Origin: a virus
Length of the DNA stretch: 64,000 nt
Strand: one strand, 5' to 3'
Virus record (IMG/VR): IMGVR_UViG_3300044491_002068
Span: 41,331-105,330 of that record
Positions 37,675 to 47,183 of this stretch are shown one piece after another (the first letter of the stretch is position 1; the number at the start of each line of letters is the position of its first letter). Made by a program: the position numbers and the translations under genes. The notes under the pieces were generated by a model. It had not been told where the DNA came from. It made no database searches and saw only the letters and a program-made list of their open reading frames with translations.

Positions 37675-38196
37675 TCACACCTGCTCGGCGTGTCCTGTCA
37701 CTCTCTCAACGGTAATGTCTTCACCAGTGTTGGACTCAATCGGTACCCACGCAGGAGAATAAGAGTGTTGCTTGATTTTACGCATTTTAATTAAAGAGCC
37801 GTCAGCGAGAATATCAAACTCATCTTTAGTCATAGACATACGTTTACGTAAAGAATCGTGGTCGTAACTTCCGGACGACAATATTCTCTGAATCATTCGT
37901 GACAGATACTTGGCTATAACGATGCCTCTATACCTGTTCATGTCGATGTGTAGCAGCATGGCGGCAATATCGTCAACGTCCACTACTACAACAGGGACCT
38001 TGCTTATTGACTGCTCGTTTGCAATTAGCCACCTATGGTAACCGTCCACAATCGTTCCGTCAGGTTGAATTACAATTGGTGACAAAATACCATACGTGCC
38101 GATTGACTCTGAAAGTCTCTTATAGTCAGGTGTTACAATATAACACGCAGACGCCCATTTGGCGGGTCTAAGTTCTGATACTTTCGTGTAGTCCAT
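37675..38196 (-). CDS. ParB/Srx-like nuclease (IbrB-like)
   Basis: L.ESI..YG..SPIV....IVDGYHRW, ..MNR.RG; leaderless promoter TTGACA-N17-TAAAGT-N6-ATG at 38197-38231. Confidence 0.8.
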   Translation of the reverse strand: MDYTKVSELRPAKWASACYIVTPDYKRLSESIGTYGILSPIVIQPDGTIVDGYHRWLIANEQSISKVPVVVVDVDDIAAMLLHIDMNRYRGIVIAKYLSRMIQRILSSGSYDHDSLRKRMSMTKDEFDILADGSLIKMRKIKQHSYSPAWVPIESNTGEDITVERVTGHAEQV

Positions 38197-38205
38197 CTAG
38201 ATACT

Positions 38206-39384
38206 TTACCGAGTATCGTCTTGAATGTCAAGGCTGTCAGCATCCATGAGCATCTGATGGTCTTGGTCCAGTAAGGCAACCCGCTTATTGTGTGCTTTTG
38301 TTTTTGGACCAACTGGACTTGGGGTTCCGATAAACGTGTTAAGCATGAGTGTTCTAATTAAATGGTCAACAGGGTAACCGTACGGGTCTTTGACGTGGCG
38401 CTTCTTGAATTCATTCGTATACACCATTGCCGCTTTGCGCATTCCTTGTGTCAAAATATTGTCATCAATGCAATACTTCGCTCCCTTCCAGCCCATCTCA
38501 GAGTACATGTCAATAACCTGTTCAATATCGAACTCTGACCATAACTGGCGCTGAGCGTCGATACTGGGGAAACACCTAACTAGGTTGTCGTAAAACTCTG
38601 GCTCCGTTCGAATAACATCCGTTAGCCGTCGTGCGGCCACAGAGTGTAAAGGGATACCCACACGCTGGTTTGCTCCACTCATGGCGGCGAAGTCGTAGTA
38701 CTCGCAGTACTCAGCACCATGCTCCTCTGTGATAAACTTTAGAACGTCGTCTGATGTCCAGTCGTATATTATCTTTGCGAACCTTAAAGGAACAGCCTTA
38801 GAAAGTTTGAATGGTCGATTGATATAGTTCTCGTGCAACTTCTGTGTAACAGTACGATACCTAATCATGGACTCATTAGCACGGATTCCAGTAATGAAAG
38901 CAGTGCGTCCACGCTTGCCTTGCATTGTGTATTCGTCAATTCGGCGTGGAATTGCTTCAGCAGGGTTAAGCCCGAAGTCCTCTGCACGGATTGCCCCATC
39001 AGGATAAGGTCTAAATAAGCGCCCTTCTTTCTCACGCTGCTTAGACCATAATAGGATATACTGCCTTGCCCCAAGAACCCACAGTTCTTGCCCCTGTGGT
39101 AAGCAGTACCACTCCATGTCCACCCAATCGTAGTTGCTTACACGGGTCACGTAGTCCTCAATAGAAGGTGAAAGCATCTCCTCATCTCTAAATATGACTT
39201 TGACAGGACCCAGCCCACGTTCTTCATGAACTTCTTTTGCTAGAAGTAGACATGCTGTAGAATCCTTACCGCCACTGAACTGTACGCATACAGTATCGAA
39301 CGTATCATATATATGACGAATCCGCTGCCTTGCAGCGTCAACACAGTTTATGTCAAGAAACATTCGGCGTCTAGGCATGATCAA
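38206..39384 (-). CDS. PAPS-reductase-like PP-loop protein (IbrA-like)
   Basis: A..RI..I...FD...V.FSGGKDS, F.DEE, GIRA.ES..R, IYDW...DV. Confidence 0.85.
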   Translation of the reverse strand: MIMPRRRMFLDINCVDAARQRIRHIYDTFDTVCVQFSGGKDSTACLLLAKEVHEERGLGPVKVIFRDEEMLSPSIEDYVTRVSNYDWVDMEWYCLPQGQELWVLGARQYILLWSKQREKEGRLFRPYPDGAIRAEDFGLNPAEAIPRRIDEYTMQGKRGRTAFITGIRANESMIRYRTVTQKLHENYINRPFKLSKAVPLRFAKIIYDWTSDDVLKFITEEHGAEYCEYYDFAAMSGANQRVGIPLHSVAARRLTDVIRTEPEFYDNLVRCFPSIDAQRQLWSEFDIEQVIDMYSEMGWKGAKYCIDDNILTQGMRKAAMVYTNEFKKRHVKDPYGYPVDHLIRTLMLNTFIGTPSPVGPKTKAHNKRVALLDQDHQMLMDADSLDIQDDTR

Positions 39385-40178
39385 CCACGGGGTGAATGTT
39401 GCTGAACGAAATCCAGCATCCGTTCTGCAGTCGTATCACCATCATAAGCAGGACTTTCCTTCAACCACTTTAAGAACGAATACCATTTTGACTGCTGATC
39501 TGAATTCTCAAACACAATCGTGAACTGAATCGAAGCGTTCCTTACCCCTGACGTACCAGCCGCTGTGCTTCCCTGTGTTACTATGTCTGAGGTTGTAGTA
39601 CGTGTAGGGTCCACTGTTGCCCCAGAGGTTGGAGAAGGAGCCGGAGTCCGATCCGTGTTGATAGGGGTGTGATCAGAGACATCAGAAATAACAATCTCTG
39701 GGGCGTTCCACCCACCATTAGGGTCAACTGTCTCGCCAAACTCTATAGAGATTACAGAGTTCTCTATGGCAGCAACGGAAAAGTCATCCCACCCTAGCAA
39801 CTCAAAAAAATCTTCATCATCAGTTAAGACGGAAGTTAGCATGTCGTAAAGCATCTCATTATCGGTGGTGCCTAAATCAGAAATCCTGTTATCAGCAAGA
39901 GCAAAAGCAAGTGCATCATCCGAATTCATATCGACAACAGATACAGCAATGCGATCCCAACCTAAACGCTTAGCCGCTTCCAACTGGTGATTACCAGCAA
40001 TAACAACTAAAGTTCCGTCACTGTCAGTAACTGCAACAATAGGCTTGACTTGTCCGAACTTCTTATACGAAGCCATAATGGCGTCTACATTACCACGTCT
40101 AGCATTATTCTCTAAGGGTTTCAACAAACCGATATCGACTGCTAGCACTTCGATGTTATCAGCAATATTATGTTTCAT
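39381..40178 (-). CDS. ParB-N domain protein
   Basis: N.R.G.VDAI..S...FGQ.KPIV, VIAGNH..EAA..LGW, A.A.ADNR. Confidence 0.8.
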   Translation of the reverse strand: MKHNIADNIEVLAVDIGLLKPLENNARRGNVDAIMASYKKFGQVKPIVAVTDSDGTLVVIAGNHQLEAAKRLGWDRIAVSVVDMNSDDALAFALADNRISDLGTTDNEMLYDMLTSVLTDDEDFFELLGWDDFSVAAIENSVISIEFGETVDPNGGWNAPEIVISDVSDHTPINTDRTPAPSPTSGATVDPTRTTTSDIVTQGSTAAGTSGVRNASIQFTIVFENSDQQSKWYSFLKWLKESPAYDGDTTAERMLDFVQQHSPRG

Positions 40179-40783
40179 GTCGCATACCCCATCACCGCAC
40201 ATTGCCAGTGCCAATACCCAACGACTGGCCATGTGATTCCGGTACTAGAATCCTCCCAAGATTTCATTGATACATCACACGGGATTGTATCTGAGTAAAC
40301 TGAGCAGTTATCAAACACTGACTTCATAATTGATAGCATCCTCTCCTCGTGGCAGTTCCAATGATGTGCGGCACCGTCCCACCACTCGGGAGGCTGCGCC
40401 GAATACGCATCAGAGTTAATGAAAGAAGTGTACCCTCCATATACGTCCTGATGTTCCATTACAGACTCAATCATTGACCACGGCTCAGAATTCTTTCGCC
40501 ACCGCTTAATCGTCTTGTAAACGTCAGGACCCACCGCTAAAATGGGGGCTCCCGGTTTAGCGATACGGTTCATTTCAACTAGGAATGCACCTACGTCGCT
40601 CCAATCCATATGCTCTAACACATGGCCTAGAAAAATGGCGTCGAACCTATCACTATCAAAAGGATACGGCTCGTTGGGGGTAACTACAACGTCAGGCTTG
40701 GTTTGGTGATCCTCCCAAACATCTGTGTTAATCCATCCGTTAGCATAGTGTGTACCGCACCCAACATTTAAATATTCTTTCAT
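40175..40783 (-). CDS. Class I SAM-dependent methyltransferase
   Basis: LNVGCG....GWIN.D, PF...FDAI...HVLEH, E..R..KPG. Confidence 0.8.
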   Translation of the reverse strand: MKEYLNVGCGTHYANGWINTDVWEDHQTKPDVVVTPNEPYPFDSDRFDAIFLGHVLEHMDWSDVGAFLVEMNRIAKPGAPILAVGPDVYKTIKRWRKNSEPWSMIESVMEHQDVYGGYTSFINSDAYSAQPPEWWDGAAHHWNCHEERMLSIMKSVFDNCSVYSDTIPCDVSMKSWEDSSTGITWPVVGYWHWQCAVMGYAT

Positions 40784-40792
40784 TACATGTCC

Positions 40793-41143
40793 TCAGAACT
40801 TTGTTTGTGATCTTACGTTTGCAGAAATTGTCCGTAAAGCGTCACAAGCAGTTCTTAAAGAATGCAGTCGTTCTCGCTTTGCTTTAACAAGGGCTTCTGC
40901 TACCATAGCGTCATAGTACAGATCACTAGTCTTGTAACCAGCCCAACTTTCTTTTTGTTTTACAGCGCCTTCAGCAGCGAGGTACTCTTTGAACCACTGC
41001 TTTTTGTACTCTGCCTCTTTTACAGCATGGTCTTTAGCGAGAATCTCAAACGCTTCTGTCTCGGTTTCTAGATCGCTAGTCAATCTAATTAATTCTGATT
41101 CAACCTCAACAGTGCTGATCGGTGCCGTGCGGATACTACCCAT
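40793..41143 (-). CDS. Hypothetical coiled-coil protein (possibly UvsY-like)
   Basis: Helical 116 aa; leaderless promoter TTGACC-N17-TATTAT-N6-ATG. Confidence 0.55.
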   Translation of the reverse strand: MGSIRTAPISTVEVESELIRLTSDLETETEAFEILAKDHAVKEAEYKKQWFKEYLAAEGAVKQKESWAGYKTSDLYYDAMVAEALVKAKRERLHSLRTACDALRTISANVRSQTKF

Positions 41144-41155
41144 AACCATATAATA

Positions 41156-41533
41156 CTATCCACTGACCAGTAGGTCAAGAGCGATTTGTAGACGCTTAAC
41201 CTCAGCGTCCCAATCAACTTTAACTCCGGGTACTCCAATCTCCAAAAGATGATCTAAAGCCTCTCGGCCTAACTCATCCTCTAACCAACGTGCCCACACT
41301 AAAGGGTTTTTAGACTGCTTCCAATGGCACGAAGCGCATAAGGCTACAGCATTGTTTTCGTCTGTCCTCGTGGCAGAAATACTTCTAGACAGAATGTGGG
41401 CACACTGAATTTGCTTTCCGTCATCTTTTGTTGCACCACACCATCTGCAAGTAAAGTTGTCTCTAGTCCTTACATACAGGCTATGAAGTTTAGTGGCCTT
41501 CGCTTTAGCCTGCTTACCATAACTAGCAGACAT
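41156..41533 (-). CDS. NinG/Rap-like HNH-fold nuclease
   Basis: S.YVR.RD..C..CG, QCAH..SR....TR.DE.N...LC..CH. Confidence 0.75.
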   Translation of the reverse strand: MSASYGKQAKAKATKLHSLYVRTRDNFTCRWCGATKDDGKQIQCAHILSRSISATRTDENNAVALCASCHWKQSKNPLVWARWLEDELGREALDHLLEIGVPGVKVDWDAEVKRLQIALDLLVSG

Positions 41534-41534
41534 G

Positions 41535-42434
41535 TTACAACGGTATATTTTGATTAATGGGGAAAAACCAACCAGCGTCCTCAAACTGTTCTGCCTTAGG
41601 CATGTCTGGTCTGTGCGAAACTCCTGAGTAGTGTATGATTGCGGATTCTCTCCATAGGTCAGGATTGTTTGGACTAGACCCACGATGCATTAAACGAGCG
41701 TGCCACACTAGTACGTCCCCACGCTTAGCAGTAAACTTCTCAGTTTTAAGTCCACCACGTTCCAGCAAATCCTCAAACATTGGTGTTAAAAACCGCTCTG
41801 AATACTTAGGCCACAGCGGATCGTTGCGCTCATTTGCAGATAGTCTACTTAGAGTTTTATCCTGTGTTATAATTGGTAAAACATGCGAACCCCGAACAAA
41901 CTCAAACGGGCCAGAATCTTCGTGGATGTCATCTAAAGCAATCCAAACCGCAAGGTAATGATCACGATTGGAATCAGGGTTTAAATAACCGTCTTGATGC
42001 CAATTACGCTGTGTTGATTTCCACCCAGTAAGGTTCAAATGGACACCCATATTATCGCCAATGATATGGGATAGGACATCGTGCAACGGCTTATACGTAC
42101 ACAGACGCATTAGACTTTCAACCTGAAAGTATGCGCACTCGCCGGGATACCCCATAGGGCGATCATTATTCACTCGGTTATGTTGAATCCAGTCATTACG
42201 ATAAGCGTCAATCATATCATCCGGAATAAATGACTCTAAAATTGCCACGCCGTCTCTTCTCCAAGATGTCTGCAAGTCACTCAAGAACTGCGAATTAACA
42301 TCCTCTCGGTCAAGAGGGGGCAACTCATTATCTGCGAAACTTCCAGACAAAGAATTTATTTCATCTAAAATGTCTGGATGCTCAGTCAGCGCTGAACCAA
42401 TGAGGCTTTGCAATATTTCCTTGCGACCACTCAT
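41535..42434 (-). CDS. PhyH-family 2OG-Fe(II) dioxygenase (start uncertain)
   Basis: WHQD, VWIALDD....GP...V.GSH, GDVL.WH..L.H.G. Confidence 0.85.
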   Translation of the reverse strand: MSGRKEILQSLIGSALTEHPDILDEINSLSGSFADNELPPLDREDVNSQFLSDLQTSWRRDGVAILESFIPDDMIDAYRNDWIQHNRVNNDRPMGYPGECAYFQVESLMRLCTYKPLHDVLSHIIGDNMGVHLNLTGWKSTQRNWHQDGYLNPDSNRDHYLAVWIALDDIHEDSGPFEFVRGSHVLPIITQDKTLSRLSANERNDPLWPKYSERFLTPMFEDLLERGGLKTEKFTAKRGDVLVWHARLMHRGSSPNNPDLWRESAIIHYSGVSHRPDMPKAEQFEDAGWFFPINQNIPL

Positions 42435-42915
42435 ACCTAACCCTTTCTGCTTCCTTGAAGCCGTCTTCATTGTTGCACCAACTCTCCAGATGCAAACCTA
42501 ATCGCTCGGCATTCTTCGGGTCAGTGGTTATTCTGTTATGGCATGGACGGCAGACGGCAAGAAGATTTCGTAAATCTATAATCGACCCTCCCTGCGACCT
42601 GTTGACTATCTCATGGATATCACGGGTTTTATTTGGCGTGTAAACCAAAGAATCGTTAGCCTTCCTTGATAAATCAAACATTACTTTATTTGGCGTGTAA
42701 ACCAAAGAATCGTTAGCGTTCCTTGCTATATCAAACATTATCCAAAGCAGGCACGCCTCACAATAGTTGCGCTCCTGTACAAGAGTTTTAACTATCTCTC
42801 TTCGCTCAACATAGGTATCGCTCATTTTCTTTGAGCGATTCTGTAAGGGTGATCTTTTTAAAGTACTATCACCACGCTTAATAGGACTTCTCTTCAAAGG
42901 CTTACCTCTTTTCAC
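42382..42915 (-). CDS. HNH endonuclease with a basic N-terminus and an internal 19-aa duplication
   Basis: KR..LKR..; CEAC...HE...RS.GG.....NL..VCR.CH..I. Confidence 0.75.
   Translation of the reverse strand: MKRGKPLKRSPIKRGDSTLKRSPLQNRSKKMSDTYVERREIVKTLVQERNYCEACLLWIMFDIARNANDSLVYTPNKVMFDLSRKANDSLVYTPNKTRDIHEIVNRSQGGSIIDLRNLLAVCRPCHNRITTDPKNAERLGLHLESWCNNEDGFKEAERVRYEWSQGNIAKPHWFSAD
42628..42740. repeat. 57-bp tandem duplication
   Basis: TTTATTTGGCGTGTAAACCAAAGAATCGTTAGC..TCAAACATTA at 42628 and 42685. Confidence 0.95.
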
Positions 42916-44014
42916 GGCGTGCCTCCTTTACTAGGGTAGCGATATTTTCAGCAAGCCTCTCAGCACCAATAGTTACATCGAACTTTTTGGCCTTTTGCTT
43001 GAACTCTAATCCTTTTTCGACACGGTAGTCGCCATCACTGAAGACCTTAAGTAATTTAACGTAGTCCTTTTCAGACTTTGCCAAAAAGCCAATCCCATGC
43101 TCTTCCACTAACTCCTCGTATTGTGGAGACCAAGAAGCAACAAATGGAATACCTGAAGCGGCATACTCTAATCCCTTAATATAGGACTTTGCGTGGTTGA
43201 AGGGAATATTAGTAAGTGGCACTATACCTGCGTTAAACAACATGCCATTCTGTAACTCGTAAGGGGGTAAGAAAGGACTAGTAGAGACCGCCCCAGAAGA
43301 CACCCCAACTTCCTTGTAGAATCTGGGATGATTAGGAGCAACGATATCTCCGGTATGATGCCATGTGGCAAACTGTGAAATCTGATTAGCAACCGGACGA
43401 AGTATCTCTAAATCACCGCTTCTATGAGCAGTGGACCCCATCCAACCAACAGTAAACTTTGTGGCATTCCGTGGTTCAAATGGTTTAACTTTACTAAACT
43501 GATTAGTGTTAACGTAGTTGGTCTGAAGCACCACATTCTCGTTCCACCGTTTAACCTGATTAAATAAAAACGGAGTAGAAGTCAACACACCATCTGAAGC
43601 AATCAATATATCCTTATACCAGTTGATGTTTTCTTTTACATTTTTACTTGGATCAGACAAACGGTGTGCGGCATTCTTCTCACTAAGCCCCCAATACCAA
43701 TCGTCTAAATCGTTCAATACGACTTGACCAGAAGCCTGCGCTGAACGCATGTCAGGCAAAACGTCCATATGCATAAACCGCTGTAAAACCATTACATCAC
43801 AATCAAAATGTGTCTTATTGTGGAAAGATGCTACACCGAAAGTTTTTGCTCTGTTATCAAAAGCCAAACCGCCCAGAACACAATCATAACCACTCTCAGA
43901 CAAGACACGAATAAACTGCCCTAGTCTAATATGGCCTGACCCTCCCATTACGGGATTACCAAAAGGGTCCCTCATAGACAGCGACCAGTCAGCAGAAGCA
44001 AAACCAATCTTCAT
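42902..44014 (-). CDS. GT-B glycosyltransferase
   Basis: DLDD, VGWMGS..H..DL, GIVPL....FN.AKS.IK.LEY.A.GIP.VAS. Confidence 0.85.
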   Translation of the reverse strand: MKIGFASADWSLSMRDPFGNPVMGGSGHIRLGQFIRVLSESGYDCVLGGLAFDNRAKTFGVASFHNKTHFDCDVMVLQRFMHMDVLPDMRSAQASGQVVLNDLDDWYWGLSEKNAAHRLSDPSKNVKENINWYKDILIASDGVLTSTPFLFNQVKRWNENVVLQTNYVNTNQFSKVKPFEPRNATKFTVGWMGSTAHRSGDLEILRPVANQISQFATWHHTGDIVAPNHPRFYKEVGVSSGAVSTSPFLPPYELQNGMLFNAGIVPLTNIPFNHAKSYIKGLEYAASGIPFVASWSPQYEELVEEHGIGFLAKSEKDYVKLLKVFSDGDYRVEKGLEFKQKAKKFDVTIGAERLAENIATLVKEARREKR

Positions 44015-44469
44015 CAGAACTTCCACTCCCCATCCAGCGACGCCCACAATGCAGTATCTGCCTCGCAGGGCTCCCTAGAATCAGATACTCTCCTTCTATG
44101 TTCAATAATACAATCACGGAGAAACGTGGCAAGGGAAACAGAGGGATCAGTAGCGTCACCTAGTGCGGACATTCTATCCAACTCGGCTAGACGCTTTTCG
44201 GCATGAAACCGAAAACGCATAGACTTACTTTTCTGATCCTCAAGTGCCGCAGCAGGATCAACAGAGAAGTCGGTGTACGTAGACCGTAGAGCAGAAATCT
44301 CTGTATCAAGCATATCAATCTTTCCTGATACGGTCTCAATTATATCTAGTAAACATGCACGCCACAAATCTCGATTTTCTTCAAGTCGCAAATAGTCTCG
44401 TGTGCGCTGATCTGCTTTATTCTTAATATCCTCAGAAACTAGTAAAGCGAAGTTATTTATTGATCCCAT
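44014..44469 (-). CDS. Hypothetical protein
   Basis: Coupled ORF in the operon. Confidence 0.6.
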   Translation of the reverse strand: MGSINNFALLVSEDIKNKADQRTRDYLRLEENRDLWRACLLDIIETVSGKIDMLDTEISALRSTYTDFSVDPAAALEDQKSKSMRFRFHAEKRLAELDRMSALGDATDPSVSLATFLRDCIIEHRRRVSDSREPCEADTALWASLDGEWKF

Positions 44470-44470
44470 A

Positions 44471-45253
44471 TCAACTCCACGCAGGACAGAAAGGCTTGTA
44501 GTCGCACCAGTTACACAATGGACCAGTGCGTGTCTCAAAATCACCAGAACTACAACTCGTAGTAACTTGATCCCATGTGTTTGTTAGTTCTACCCTTACG
44601 GCAGACTCTAACTCTTCGTCTACATTGTAGCGAGCGAACTGGCCAGACTTTACATACAGTAACTCAGCCCGACCAACATCCATACCTGTCTGCTCTTTAA
44701 GCAAAATAGCATAAATGGTGATTTGCATTTTCTTCTCCCACTCATATTGTGGGCGAGGCTTCTTGCCAGTCTTGTAGTCTGAAATGACGAGTTTGTCATC
44801 TTCAACTGACCACCTGTCAATAATACCAAAAAGAGGTACACCGTCAATAGAGCCATCCATCTTGGCTTCAATTCCGCCAGCATCAAAAGACGTTGGGTCC
44901 TCCATACCGAAATAGTTTTCTATGCACCACCACGACTTCCAGCGGAACTCGTTTTCATCACACTTGACTCTCAAAGAATGAAACTCGTCGCCCCATTTGG
45001 ACTCCCACAATTCACGTGCAAACCTGCGAGCAGTCACCTCAGTCCTCTCAGCACGCTCAACCTTGAACAACTCTTCAAGCACCTCGTGAACAAACGACCC
45101 TAGTACCTGAGCCTCCGTAGACTCAGACGGTAACTTGTCTAACCTAGAAAACTTATACTTTAACGGGCACTGCTGAAATGTGCTAATAGAACTAGGTGAC
45201 ATATACGGAGGGTCATCATATGTCATAAGCCCTGACGGCGGAAGGTTAGTCAT
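44471..45253 (-). CDS. PD-(D/E)XK RecB-like exonuclease
   Basis: SPSS...F.QCP, GS.VH.VLE, GIIDR, DYKTG, Q...Y, C.WC.Y...C. Confidence 0.88.
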   Translation of the reverse strand: MTNLPPSGLMTYDDPPYMSPSSISTFQQCPLKYKFSRLDKLPSESTEAQVLGSFVHEVLEELFKVERAERTEVTARRFARELWESKWGDEFHSLRVKCDENEFRWKSWWCIENYFGMEDPTSFDAGGIEAKMDGSIDGVPLFGIIDRWSVEDDKLVISDYKTGKKPRPQYEWEKKMQITIYAILLKEQTGMDVGRAELLYVKSGQFARYNVDEELESAVRVELTNTWDQVTTSCSSGDFETRTGPLCNWCDYKPFCPAWS

Positions 45254-45896
45254 TGCTCTCCTCAGTTGAAACAGAAACGGACTTAACGAAAGCCAACATC
45301 TGCTCCAAAAGAGTACGTGTGACATGCTCACGCTCAAACGGCAACCCGCCGCTAATATCATCCCAATGCGAACGGGCATCAGTTATGGAAGCCGGTGGCA
45401 TATTATTCAAAACCCCACGCAACTTCTCAAAATGCTCTACGCTAATTGGTTGATCTGCCTGATCCTCAACAGCCTCCAGATACATGGCCTCCTCGGAACG
45501 TGCAAGATACAAGCCTACACCTAAATGCTGTGCCGCCTTCTTCAGTGCGTCGGAAACTGCACCCTTCATCTCATCCCCAAGATCAACAATGTCTCCACCC
45601 TTAGTGCGCTTAACCTTCTGACCGCCAATACCATCCCTGATAACAGTCAAAGCAGGAGCATCATTAGTAGGTACAAAAGTGGCCTCTAACCGAACATGGG
45701 CAACAACGAAATCTGGATCACGACTATCACGCTCACACGATATGACACTATACGACCACATGTCAATGCCCAACACCTTATTCAAACGAGTAATGACCTC
45801 GCTGATAGGAATATACGTAAGGCTAGCCCCACCCTTCTTGAGTTGGCGCTCAACTTCTTTCGGAAACGGCTCCGACAAACTATTTAAAATGCTCAC
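45246..45896 (-). CDS. Rad52/Rad22-family single-strand annealing protein
   Basis: L..PF, LTYI....V..RLN.VLG...W, K.A.SDALK.AA..LGVGLYL. Confidence 0.85.
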   Translation of the reverse strand: MSILNSLSEPFPKEVERQLKKGGASLTYIPISEVITRLNKVLGIDMWSYSVISCERDSRDPDFVVAHVRLEATFVPTNDAPALTVIRDGIGGQKVKRTKGGDIVDLGDEMKGAVSDALKKAAQHLGVGLYLARSEEAMYLEAVEDQADQPISVEHFEKLRGVLNNMPPASITDARSHWDDISGGLPFEREHVTRTLLEQMLAFVKSVSVSTEESND

Positions 45897-46405
45897 TTAT
45901 CTCTCCTAATAACTAGACTTTTCTTCGACTCTCCAACTTCACAATACTCATCAGCATCCAAATGAAGTTCCTTCAACTTTGAAACCTTCCAATAAGAAAT
46001 ACCGGCAAACTGCAAAGCCTCACGAATCATATCGACAGGCGACTTAGTTATTTCACCCGTGTTCAAATCGACACTGCTATCAACAATGCGACGGCTCACA
46101 TCAGAAATGATACTCTCGTGATCCCAACTCTTGCGAGGAGCGCCAGACTTGATTTCAACAGTTGCACCGTCCACTACGACAGGTACCCCAACAAATCCAA
46201 TGTGCTCAGTCAAAATGCTCTGCAACTCATTAAACAGATCGGTGACGTAACCCTTAACGCCATGAAGATCAGTAGCCAACTGCAACAACTCTGTGTTCTC
46301 AGCAAACTCCAAATTATTTGGCAACTCCATCAAGTCAGACTCAAAACTACGAAGGCTAGTCACCACTTGTTTAAGTGCATCGGTAGGGTTCTCTAAAACA
46401 GACAT
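45893..46405 (-). CDS. Hypothetical protein of the recombination module
   Basis: AAGGAG SD; upstream TTGACT-N17-TAGAAT promoter. Confidence 0.6.
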   Translation of the reverse strand: MSVLENPTDALKQVVTSLRSFESDLMELPNNLEFAENTELLQLATDLHGVKGYVTDLFNELQSILTEHIGFVGVPVVVDGATVEIKSGAPRKSWDHESIISDVSRRIVDSSVDLNTGEITKSPVDMIREALQFAGISYWKVSKLKELHLDADEYCEVGESKKSLVIRRDK

Positions 46406-46462
46406 CTAACTCCTTAATAGATAGTAAATACATAGGTATTCTACCGAATTTCAATATAGAAG

Positions 46463-46843
46463 TCAACCCTCATCCAGCACCCTGCGGAGAGAAGCAGACA
46501 AATTAGAATCGTACGGAACGGAAGTCGAACTGATCGCCTCACGAAGAATCTCCGACAACTTTAAACCCATATACTTGCTAGCGTTATCGCTTACCGCCTC
46601 ACGAAGATCATCATTCTCAAGGCCCTCCAAATCAACCATAATTTTATTAATAACGAACTCGTCAATTTCCTCATTCATGTACTCCTCCGAAACAGCAAGC
46701 ACCATAGCACTTTCATCCCACAAAACAATATCAAAATCCTCACCATCAAGGGCAGAAGACGGTGCAACAATAAAAGTGATAGTAGCATCACCACGCTTCA
46801 ATACGGCGAGAACATCATCATCGAACTCGTAGTCCTCACTCAT
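46463..46843 (-). CDS. Hypothetical acidic protein
   Basis: ATGA-coupled to whiB. Confidence 0.6.
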   Translation of the reverse strand: MSEDYEFDDDVLAVLKRGDATITFIVAPSSALDGEDFDIVLWDESAMVLAVSEEYMNEEIDEFVINKIMVDLEGLENDDLREAVSDNASKYMGLKLSEILREAISSTSVPYDSNLSASLRRVLDEG

Positions 46844-47076
46844 GCATCAACACTATCAACTAAACGGGAAAGTTCTGGACCAGTTTTTCCTCCCCATACA
46901 CCAATCGTCAAATTGTTGCGAACAGCAAACTCAAGACACTCCGATGTGTTAGGACACTCCGAAGAACAAATACTTGACGCCAATTTCCTGCTAGCAGGCT
47001 TAGCCGAAAAAAACAATCTATCCTTACCCGCACAAGGTGCATCCTTATACCACGGGGGACAATCTATAGAAAACAT
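46840..47076 (-). CDS. whiB: WhiB-family Fe-S transcription factor
   Basis: W...A.C...LFF, A..IC...CP...ECL.FA, GVWGG. Confidence 0.92.
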   Translation of the reverse strand: MFSIDCPPWYKDAPCAGKDRLFFSAKPASRKLASSICSSECPNTSECLEFAVRNNLTIGVWGGKTGPELSRLVDSVDA

Positions 47077-47183
47077 AACACTCCTTGACTTGTAAACTAC
47101 ACATATTTTAAAACACGACTGTCAAGCAGACAACCCATAAACCGAACTTGACCACACCCCCCACGATGCTGTAACATAGCCCC

